NCBI GenBank assembly: GCA_964016885.1
Contig: OZ024740.1
Location: 140,802,001 to 140,866,000 of the forward strand
Source of the DNA: Eledone cirrhosa
Taxonomy: Eukaryota
Length of the DNA stretch: 64,000 bases
Direction: 5' to 3'
The notes beneath the pieces are model-generated. The model saw only the letters and a list, made by a program, of their open reading frames with translations, made no database searches and was not told where the DNA came from. The translations under genes were made by a program, and so were the position numbers. Below, piece after piece: positions 38,570 through 49,334 of this stretch; positions within the stretch are counted from its first letter, which is position 1; each line of letters begins with the position of its first letter.

Positions 38570-38970
38570 TAAAACACACTTAGCACACTTTGTAAATTTG
38601 GTTGGTGTTAGGACAGGCATCCAGTCATAGAAATCTTGCCAAAATTTGAAACATATGAGCAAAGCATGGTTCCTGACCCTTCTAGTTTCAAACTGTAATA
38701 ACCAGTGGAATGCATACCAGCATGGAAAATGGATGTATGATGATGATGATGATGAATATAATGACACAAAGATTCACATTTTGGAGGAGCAGCATCAGTT
38801 GATTAGATAAACTTTAGTACATGAATGGTATTTCATTTTATCGACACCGAAAAGATGAAAGGCAAAGTCAACCTCGGCTGAATTTGGACTCAGAATGTAA
38901 TAGGGCGTAACTATATATCACAAGGCAGTTTGTCCAATGTTCCACTGATTCTGCCAATCTACCGCCCACC
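38570..38970. mobile_element. RTE-type tail with (GAT)n (+) followed by a Meta-like SINE (-)
   Basis: GGCATCCAG.C.TAGAAA motif; GATGAAAGGCAAAGTCAACCTCGGC. Confidence 0.7.
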
Positions 38971-39239
38971 TACCAATAAATATATTGAACTCAAGAAGCA
39001 GATAAAGAAGAAAAGAAAAAATTCCCTCCCACATAGCAAAAATTACTGTGAATTTATAACTACAGTATTTCCTGAGAGATTTTAGTCAGACAGAAAAACA
39101 GTGAGGAATAATTCCTGCAAAACATCTACACAGTAAAGACAACAACAACAGTAAGGAAGAAATGGAAAAAAAAAAAAGAGAAAGAAATGCTAAAAGTCTG
39201 TCTTATGTTAAAAATGATTGTTGTCTGCTCATAGCAACA

Positions 39240-39560
39240 TGAAACACACACACACACAAATGCACACACTAATACACACATACTTAGACACACAAACACG
39301 CACAAATCCATACACAGACACATGCACACACAAACGTACAGACATTTAGATGCATACAGACACACACACACACATATAGAGACATACATACACAAACATG
39401 CACAGATGCATAAAGACATATACATATATACACAGATACACACACAAATGCAAATACACACACACAGAAACATACAAATACAGGCATGTACACACTCACA
39501 TACAGATATAAATACACTCACACATGCATAAACATAGACACATACACAAAGTCATGTACA
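39240..39560. repeat. Degenerate (CA)n tract
   Basis: CA-rich low complexity. Confidence 0.9.
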
Positions 39561-40621
39561 CAGATATCAGCAAGAAAGGAGTTGATTAAGATTAATTGAA
39601 TGTACAACAATAAATTGCCTGAGAGGCAGGACACATGTGAACCAAAGTTGTTGTTTAGCCCAAAGTCAGTCCTGATTGAGCTGACCTAAGACCCCAATCA
39701 TTCCAGCTATAACCATTCCGTCATTTTTTTATGTGTAAGGAAACCAGAACCTTCTTATTCTATGTATCCTTTTCTAAGAATGGGATAAGCAAGACAGAAT
39801 TCTTTGATCTGTCTTGTCTAAAACCATGATGAACTGTTTAACCTATACCAGCATGGAAAACATGTTAAATGATGATGATGGGATGTGATTTGAGGGATAT
39901 TTGGCTGCTATTTTTAGCAAGTTAAGTGATAACATAGAAACTCTTATGTTTCTTATTGGTTGAAGTGCATAACAGAGGTGGGTAGGGCCTTGTCCATATT
40001 AACCCATGGCTTTCAAAATTAATGTTCAAATAGCTGAACATTCCACAGACACATGTACCCTTAAGCCCCTAAGGCTTTCAGGTATTTTAGGCCCCTAATC
40101 CTTGTAGGACCCCTAAGCTTAAGCTTAGTTAGCCTTATGGATGATATAGCCTTTGGTAGAGCAGGTATGGTCAAGTGAAGGAGGTTAGATCTTATACTGT
40201 TAGGCCTTACATACAAGAAGATACATGACTGAGAAGAAGGAAGAGAGTATTATAATTTTCCCTCAACCCTGTTTGAGGAGACCTATTTTCAAAAACATTC
40301 CAGCCAGCATTATCCTGTCTTTTTAGAGGTGTATCCTTCTCTTGTCAAGATGATATGGTGTGATTTAAGGGATATATAGCAGCTATTTCTAAGTGATCAT
40401 ATATAGGCTTCTGCATTGGATCATATATATGCAAAAGTTCTATTTAAATTGTTGGGATACAACAAGTAAATATTTTTATAACTGATATAAAGCACTCGAC
40501 AAGTATTTGAAGTAGCATGATACAGTGTTTGACATGGCTTATCCTGATGTCTTCCAAAAGTAACGGTCGCATTTTGAAAGGGTACGTCAATGTTTATTTA
40601 TAAAACTGGTATATATTGTAT

Positions 40622-40685
40622 TTTATCTGATGAAGGCATACCATAATTTAACTTGGTATCCTTGAAATAAATATGGTTTTATAAA
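40622..40685 (+). ncRNA. Degenerate type I hammerhead (Penelope-like terminus)
   Basis: TTTAT-CTGATGA-AGGcATACCA..TGGTATcCTT-GAAA..TT-ATAAA; stem III decayed. Confidence 0.55.
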
Positions 40686-40730
40686 TATAGTTTCCATTTG
40701 TTAATATCGTATATATATATATATATATAT

Positions 40731-42832
40731 AATAAATGGGAGAAAGACAGTCTCCCCCACATCGACCCAATAGAGGGACCAGCAGTGTTAGTCGAAGGTA
40801 GTATAATAAGTAAGGCAATCAAAGATATGAAGACGGGTAAGGCGGCTGGGCCTTCGGAAATAGTTGCTGAGATGCTGAAAGCCTCTGGAACGGTAGGACA
40901 CACCATGGTCACCCAGATAGTAAACCAAGTCATACAGAATGGGGTTGTTCCGAAGGACTGGCGTAGCAGCATCATCGTTAACTGTTACAAGGGTAAAGGA
41001 GACGCCCTAGATAGGAGTAACTATAGAGGCATTAAATTAATCGACCAGGTCATGAAGGTCAAGGAAAAAGTAATAGCGCAACTAATCAGAGAGATAATTG
41101 ATCTAGTTGAAATGCAGTTCGGGTTTGTGTCAGGCAAAAGTACCACAGACGCTCTTTTCATTGTACGACAACTACAGGAGAAGTACCTAGCTAAAAGTAA
41201 ACCCCTATACTTAGCTTTTGTCGACTTGGAGAAAGCCTTCGACAGAGTCCCCCATTCCATTATCTGGTGGGCTCTTAGAAAACTAGGTGTTGACGAATGG
41301 CTTGTGAGAGCTATACAAGCCATGTATAAAGAAACAGTCAGCAAGGTTAGAATTAACAACGAATATAGTGAAGAGTTTAGCGTAAAAGTTGGCGTCCATC
41401 AGGGCTCTGTTCTCAGCCCCCTACTATTTATTATTGCCCTTCAGGCTATAACAGAGGAGTTCAAGACCGGCTGCCCATGGGAACTCCTATACGCAGATGA
41501 TCTAACGCTCATAGCTGAATCAATGGCCAAGCTAGAGAAGAAATTCCAAACATGGAAGCACGGCCTAGAATCAAAAGGCCTTAAAATTAACCTGGCTAAG
41601 ACTAAAGTTCTAGTTTGTAGGAAAGAAAATAAGGCGCCGGTCCCTTCCGGGAAATGGCCATGCTCAGTGTGTAGGAAAGGCGTAGGTAGAAACTCCATTT
41701 TATGTCCCAAATGCAAAGTATGAGTGCATAAAAGATGTAGTGGGATCACAGGTAAGCTAACTAAGAACATAGATTTTACATGTGGCCGGTGCTCTGGTGC
41801 GATAAGTAGCAGCAAGTGCCCACAAAATACTAGCTCTTTCAATTGCGCAGAGGGTTCTATAGAAATAGTGGACAGCTTCTGTTACTTGGGTGACAAAATC
41901 AGCAGTGGGGGAGGGTGCTCTGAAAGTACAGTAGCTAGAGTCAGAACTGGATGGAAAAAGTTCAGAGAGCTTATACCACTATTAGCCGCTAGAGGGTTCT
42001 CCCTAAAAATGAAAGGCAGGTTGTATGATGCCTGCATACGAACAGCAATGTTGCATGGCAGTGAGACCTGGGCATTGTGTGCAGAGGATATACGCAGACT
42101 AGAGAGGAACGAAGCTTGCATGCTCCGCTAGATGTGTAATAGTAATATACATGAACGGCAAAGCATAAACGAACTAAGGAAAAAATTAGAAATAAGAGGG
42201 ATCAGATGTTGTTTACTCGAGAGAAGGCTACGTTGGTATGGTCACGTGATGCGCATGAAAGACGACAGCTGTATAACAAAGTGCAGGGCAATAAAGATAG
42301 ACGGTAGCCACGGAGTAGGCAGACCCAGAAAAACCTGTGACGAGCTGATAAATTCCGACCTCACACACTTACACCTCTCCAAGACAATGTCACTGGACCA
42401 AGACCTTTGGCGGTACTCAGTAATAGAGAAGACCCGCCTTACCTAAATACAAAGTAAAACCTACTACAGTCAGTAGGCATCTCTAACAAAATACACCCCC
42501 GTCCCACCACCCCCACCCCATCCACACCGCCCCTTTCAATGTAAAGTTATGTTGGTGCCACAACATCCAGGCCGAAATAAATGAGATCGTGTAGGCGTCA
42601 CGACAAAAAAACACACAGTCCACGCTGTAATGTGGCCGTGTAGGCAACACGGTAAAAACCTCCCAGCCCCACACTGTAAATGTGGTTGGTGTTAGGAAGG
42701 GCATCCAGCTGTAGAAAACCCGCCAGACAGTCCTATGCGAGCAATGACAACCACTCTTGACTCAAGTGGGAAAACTCCCGTCCAAACCCATGCAAGCATG
42801 GAAGATGGACGTTAAACGATGATGATGATGAT
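40731..42832 (+). mobile_element. 5'-truncated RTE LINE, same subfamily as 18238-20105; stops at 41721-41723 and 42129-42131
   Basis: MKTGKAAGPSEI, NYRGIKL, LLYADD; 3'UTR and (GAT)n; starts in (TA)n. Confidence 0.95.
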
Positions 42833-42859
42833 ATATGTGTTTGTATGTCTGTGTTGGGC

Positions 42860-43170
42860 CTACATTAGTTCTGATACTGAATTTCCCAGTTGTTTAATCA
42901 ATGGAGCAGCCTGCTTGCAAAATTAATGTTCAAATAGCTGAGCATTTCACAGACACATGTACCCTTAACGTAGTTCTCAGGGAGATTCAGCATGATACAG
43001 TGTTTGACATGGCTTATTCTTTGAATTACAGGTACAACTTCAATTTTGCCAGCTAAGTGGATTGTAGTAATGTGAAATAAAATGTTTGGCTCAAGGACAC
43101 AATGCCCCACTGGGAATCGAGCTAATGACTGTATGATCATGAACCAAACACTCTAACCATTAAACCTTAC
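42860..43170 (-). mobile_element. Older CORE-like SINE
   Basis: TGTGAAATAAAATGTTTGGCTCAAGGACACAA..CTCTAACCA. Confidence 0.7.
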
Positions 43171-43814
43171 TTCTTTACATATATTATGTACACACACACA
43201 CATACACACACTCAACACATATAGCTTTATTATAAAGAAGTTCATTTCACAACCACATGGTTTCAAGTTCGATTTTACTTGGGTAAGTGTTTCCTAATGT
43301 AGGGGTGAATAGAAGAGAGAGCAATGACAAAATAAAGACCAAGCTGAATTAGAATGAGGTGTGGTGTCAAATGGGAGGGAAACAGGAGTAGTAGAAAAGA
43401 AAGTGAGAGTATAATGGAAGAGACATTGTGGAGGAAGTAGTTCTGAGGAGGTATACTAGTGGAGGGAGTAGTGGGAGCTACATGTTTGTTGCTGGAGTGA
43501 GAGAGTGTGAGAAAGAATGGGAGAGAGAGAGATTGAGAGAATGATAGGGAAAGAGAGATCCTGAAAAGCCTATCAATGTTGAAAGTCAGCTAAATTATTT
43601 ATCAGTAATTTTTTTCTATTTCCTTATTCTATTACCTAATATTGGCTTACATAATTTTAAGATGCTTTATTTATGTTGTTTATATACATTTATTTTGTTT
43701 GTTTGTTTTTTCTATTGTTGGCAGGAAATGGAGAGGAAAAGGAAACAAAGAAGGAGAGGAGTTCTGTTTTCTTCAACATCTAGAAAGATCGATATAGTAC
43801 TATTTACTAGCTCA

Positions 43815-44030
43815 CTAACAAATTGGTCAATGTGCAAAAAATATGGGTATCAAGTATCTGAAAAGAGATACCAGCATATCCCAGAAAGTGTCCTTGATGA
43901 CAGAGACAAATCCAAGATACTTAGGGACTTCATGTAATCAGACTGCAGACCTGATATTGTAGTTATGTACAGAAATAAACATGAAAGCCAGATTATTGTT
44001 GTTACCATCCCAGCTTTGAAAGAAATATTT
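43815..44030 (+). pseudogene. R4/Dong-like RLE endonuclease-region fragment
   Basis: WSMCKKYG..EKRYQHIPESVL..KILRDF..RPDIVV..QIIVVTIP resembles the post-CCHC/PD-D region. Confidence 0.6.
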
Positions 44031-44164
44031 TTAAAAAGGGAGAGGATGGATGTCCACATGTCATTAAGTCCACTCTTTACAAAATAATCCCAAGGGAAAA
44101 AATTTTTCATCCAGTAAAACTGGATGAAAACCTTATCTCATCAAAGCTACCTTAAGTATGATAA

Positions 44165-44785
44165 TTATTTCTACTTTTGACACAAGACCAGCAATTATCT
44201 CAGTACATTACCGGTACTTTATTGTATCGACCCCGTAAGGATGAAAGGCAAAGTTAACCTCGGCAGGATTTGAACTCAGATCATAAAGGGCCGTAACTCT
44301 ATGCCGATACTGCCAATGCACTGCCCTAACAATAATAATGGTTTCTGATTTAGGAACACAGCCAACAATTTTGAGGAAGGGAGAAAGCCAATTAAAATGA
44401 TCCCAGTGCATTACTGGTACTTTATTTTATTGACCTCGTAAGGATGGAAGGCAAAGCTAGCCTCAGTGGAATCTAAAATCAGAATGTAAAGGTCCATAAT
44501 GTATATGCCACATAGCCTGTTGTCCGATGCTCTACCGATACTGCCAATCCACTGCCCTGAGTATGAAGAAACATTTAATTTTATTATATGTTTATTGCAG
44601 TGGATTGGCAGTATCGGTAGAGGGTCGGGCGCCAGGCTTTGAAGTATAGAGTTACCTCCCTTTATGATCTGAGTTCAAATCCCGCTGAGGTTAACTTTGC
44701 CATTCATCCTTATGGGGTTGATAAAATAAAGTATCAGTAATGCACTGGGATAATTGCTGGCCTGGTGCCAAAAGTAGAAACAATT
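44165..44785. mobile_element. Cluster of three Meta-like SINEs (-, -, +)
   Basis: 44165-44330 (-), 44340-44560 (-), 44597-44785 (+). Confidence 0.85.
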
Positions 44786-45300
44786 GTATGTTTATTGATT
44801 TTCGTTTTTTTCCAATATTTTCCTTTCATTTGTGTGTTTATTTTTGTATGTATTTATTTTGTTCTCTTCTTTTTTTTTTTCCTGTAAATATTTCTCTCTT
44901 GTGTTCACTCCTGGGTTATATTAGTTTAACTCATGTCATCTACCTCATTTTGTTTGTTGTTTGTTTCTTCCTCCCCACCATTATACAACTTCTCTCTCTG
45001 TCTGTCCGTCTCTCACACTCCTCAATCAAGATATTAACTGATTAACAAAACAAGAAGACTTACTGTTTTGATGTAAAATTGAATAAAGAATAAAAACCTT
45101 CAAAGTCAACAACCTGCTTTCCCCCTCCTCACTCTCTCTTTCACTTCCTCACATCCCTCCCCTTCTCTCTCCTCCTTTCTACAAGTAATCAACATTCTAA
45201 ATATAAGACTCTTCATAATGACTCCTTACTTGGACACAAGGTTCAAATCTGTGGATGTAGACATAAACATTTCAAAATATTGCAAGTGAATATATATATT

Positions 45301-45916
45301 CTAGGGCGGGTAAAATTCCCGAGATCCATGGATGAGTTCTCTCCAGCGGTCTCTGTCCCTCATTATCGCTGCCATGTCCTGCATCTCCAACAGAGCAGTG
45401 TCTGTCCTTAGGGCATCAACATACGTTAGCCTTGGTCTTCCTCTTCCAGTGTGTCCATGTAGGGGCTCCCACAGGAGCACTGAGTGCAATGTCAACTCTG
45501 GATGTTGGTAAGCATATCCAGCTAACCTCAGTCTCCTCTGTGTCACTTTTGAACTGACTTTTGGGAGGCTCCCATGCAGCTCTGAGTTTTTCATCCTCAG
45601 TGTATACTGATTAATGTTGAGAAGCCAGAGGGGATCACTAATGTAGGCGGGAAGCCGCTAGAATTGGTTGAGGACTTCCTGTATTTGGGAGCAAAGATTG
45701 GGAATACAGAAGATGATGTGGTTGAGAGGAAGAGCAAAGCCTGGGCGGCGTGCCACAGCTTGAGATCGGTGTGGAAGTCGGACCTTCGTAAATACCTGAA
45801 AATCCACCTCTTCATTGCTGTAGTGGATCTGTGCTGTTGTATGGGTCTGAGACTTGGACACTGACCAAGAAACTCACTCGGATGGTGGATGGGTGCTACA
45901 CGAGAATGGTGAGGAT

Positions 45917-45923
<7 letters not shown>
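45301..45923 (-). mobile_element. 5'-inverted, truncated RTE-clade LINE
   Basis: Plus strand 45623-45923 ends ..YTRMVRMAL; minus strand 45622-45301 continues NINQYTLRMKNSELHG..GRGRPRLTYVD..stop. Confidence 0.85.
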
Positions 45924-45969
<46 letters not shown>

Positions 45970-46021
45970 GTGACTAACAGTATGAATCAAATTATTTGAT
46001 TCATACTGTTACTGAATCAAA

Positions 46022-46157
46022 TAATTGTTTCTACTTTTGGCACAAGGCCAGCAATTAATTAGTGCATTACTGGTACTTTATTTTATCGACCCCATAAGGA
46101 TGAAAGGCAAAGTTAACCTCCGCGGGATTTGAACTCAGAATGGCAAGGGCCGTAACC
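46022..46157 (-). mobile_element. 5'-truncated Meta-like SINE
   Basis: Same family motif. Confidence 0.82.
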
Positions 46158-46449
46158 AAATAATGAAAGGTTTTCATGTTCTTTCATTTGCTCTCTCTGA
46201 AGTACAAAACCTCAAGGTATATGTAGCTTTATAGTCCAAGCAGACAGAATTGCAAATGTGTCACCCCAGAGGATAGCAAGGCAGATGTGCTAAAACACTT
46301 AGTCCAACTCACAGGGCTCAGTCTAGCAGGTGACCAACTCCCTCATTCCCTGACTGCAGGGAGGTGGTTTGGAAACCTAGGGCACTAGATGGTTTCATCA
46401 TTATGGGTTTAATGATAAGCATAACAGAAAGAGGCTGATACTTTAATAG

Positions 46450-46780
46450 TTTGCCATTTACCAGGTATTAGGCCTGTTACCAGTTTGGGGAGCTTACATT
46501 ATATAACAAGCCTGGGTCTATTAATAGCTTTGGGTGACCTACATTTTACATCTGGTCTGGGTCTATTACTAGCTTAGTTTGACCTACATTTTACATTTGA
46601 TTTGGGTTTGAGTGGCTTATATCTGACATCTGACCTGGACCTCTCATCAGCTTGGAGGAGGAAATTCAACATTTTACATCAAGCCTGTGACTGTTATCAA
46701 TTTTAGAAGGAGGTGGGAGTCTCTACATTTTACACCTATCCTGGGCCTATTACCAGGACTTTGCAATGGGCCTGGATTTG
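46450..46780. repeat. Degenerate minisatellite, core ACATTTTACATC...CTGGG.CTATTA..AGCTT with variable linkers
   Basis: About 6-7 recognisable cores. Confidence 0.65.
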
Positions 46781-47123
46781 ACCATTGATAACAAATTTTG
46801 AAGTGCGATTAAACCGTGCCAAATATATTCCAAGTCCCATTTCTTATTTCCATGGATGGATATAAGGCAAAGTTGAACATACAAGGATCTGAATTCATAA
46901 TGTATAGGAATCTGACTAACTGCAGCAAGATATTGCTCCCCATCCACTGACTTGCTCCCTAGGACACAAATTATGATTAACCCTTTCGTGAACTCATTTT
47001 TAATGAAATACACTTGTGTGTTGTAACAGGTGACTAATGGGGTTGGCATCAGAAAGGGCATCTGGCTGTAAAACATTGTCTCAAAACATCTCATCCAACC
47101 CATGCCAGGATGAAAACATGGAC

Positions 47124-47190
<67 letters not shown>

Positions 47191-47194
<4 letters not shown>

Positions 47195-47997
47195 GAATAA
47201 AATTAGTCCTTCATCAGTGATCTTCCAACCGTCATTGGTATTTCTTCGCATTAAAGATCATATACCTCTGGCTGGTGCGAGCAATAACTAAAAAAAAGTT
47301 ATTGGGACATAGATGGTAATGCAACGGAAAGAGAGGAAGAGAAGAAACAAGTCCGTGATATCTGTGAACTTTAGTTCGATCAAATCATAGATGAGGAGAG
47401 ATACAGACCATCCGAGCTGGGTGAGATGTAAGTGAGAGAGGGGAGTAGCAGAGAGTGAGTGAGTGAAAGTGTGAGGAAGAGGCCAGCTGAGAGAGAGTGA
47501 CTGGCAGAGTGGGTAAAAAGAAAGTGAGAGATACAGAGAAAGGGGAAGCAGTATATATTTATATTTTTCCCTCCGCTGTGACCTGTCTGCTTCTTTCTTG
47601 CTGCTTCCTCTTTCTCTGTATCTCTCACTTTCTTTTTACCCCCTCTGCCAGTCACTCTCTCTCAGCTAGCCTCTTCCTCACACTTTCACTCACTCACTCT
47701 CTGCTACTCCCCTCTCTCACTTCCTCCCGTTTGACCTGTGTGAAATCCTTTTCTCACTTACATCTCACCCAGCTCGGATGGTCTGTATCTCTCCTCATCT
47801 ATGATTTGATCGAACTTAAGTTCACAGATATCACGGACTTGTTTCTTCTCTTCCTCTCTTTCCGTTGCATTACCATCTATGTCCCAATAACTTTTTTTAG
47901 TTATTGCTCGCACCAGCCAGAGGTATATGATCTTTAATGCGAAGAAATACCAATGACGGTTGGAAGATCACTGATGAAGGACTAATTTTATTCATAT
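47191..47997. repeat. Long near-perfect inverted repeat (arms 47191-47551 / 47601-47997), Penelope-like inverted pLTR
   Basis: Arms are reverse complements apart from a few substitutions and a 37-bp indel; CTGATGA-AGGA lies near both outer ends. Confidence 0.92.
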
Positions 47998-48033
47998 GTA
48001 TCCCATTCGCAACAACGCAGCACGCCATTTTTC

Positions 48034-48074
<41 letters not shown>

Positions 48075-48432
48075 CACATATTGTATTTCAATTTAGTGAA
48101 GGATTTTTAGATATGTACTAAAATTATTGAATATTTTACTATTAAGACAGTAACTTAATATATGTTTATTATATAAAATTATGTTGGAAGATTTTAATTT
48201 AAATAGAAACTCTTTAAAATGAATGGTGTTGCTTAATTTCAAAGCCAGGTTTGGCCAGATTGATATAAAAAGATTTGCTCAATTTTTTTCCTCCCAGTAC
48301 TTGATTGATATTTTATTTTATTAACTCTGGAAGAGTTAACAATATCTGTAATGACATACACTGCTTATGAATTCCAAATATTTTAAAATTTGAGGTGTTT
48401 AATGAAATAGCTAACTTTCTCAGTATAAACTA

Positions 48433-48790
48433 TTAATGTCTAGCACCACATAAAACCATATTAGCAAAGCATTCTTGAAACGTATGAAACAGTCTTTTGA
48501 TTGCATCATATGAAAAATTGAAGTCGTTATTTTAATTTGCTATACATTTTTACAATATCTCCACTAGTAAAAATGTTATATACATTTGAATTACTGTTTT
48601 TAGATATTTACTGCTAAATCACTACAGGATGTTATGAGTTGAGCTGGTGTTTGGAACATACTTTAACAAAGGTTCTTAAATAAAATTAAGATGAAAGGTT
48701 TTTAGATAAATATAAACACTTTGAAATAAACAGCTTAGCATTGTAAAACCTGTGGCAGTTTCAGTTGGTTTGGTATAAAAATAGTAAAGC
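48433..48790. mobile_element. Two adjacent MITE remnants
   Basis: Homology to 12651-12852 and 13696-13950. Confidence 0.55.
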
Positions 48791-49334
48791 TAAATTCCCA
48801 AGTTTTGTCAAACCAGAATGTGGCCTTAATACTTGTACCAAAGTAAATTCTGTTAAAGACACTCAATGGCCAGGTGGTGATGTGAAAATGGGAGGAAGAT
48901 TAAATCTACCACACAAAAATTGAAACGGTCCCCCTGGCAGGCTTCTGTACAATTTCCATCAACCAAATTTCATTGACAAGCAATGTTCCTTATAAATTGC
49001 GTGGATGCATGACTATGCAGTTGCAGTATTGATGCAGTACACATTGCTGCTCAATAGTTTTGAAATGTTGTTGTGCAGTAGCTTTGAATTTAGAATGTTT
49101 TTGCTGAAAGTATCAGGTAATCCTCTCAGAAGTTGGGAAAAATTAGAGGAAATATTAATGTGAACCTTTAGATTTTTGTTTCTGAGGGAACAGTGCTAAC
49201 AAGGTTTTGATTGACCTGAGGATGTGATAGAAAAGACACTTGAATCAGAAACTACATTATTGAAAAACAAGCTTCCTAGTCACACAGTCATACCTACTTG
49301 TTTCCACATACTAAAAATAAGATAAATGAAAAAA

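Noticed and set aside
46450-46780. CRISPR-like repeat/spacer pattern
   Set aside because: Repeats are too degenerate, spacing is irregular, and there are no cas genes
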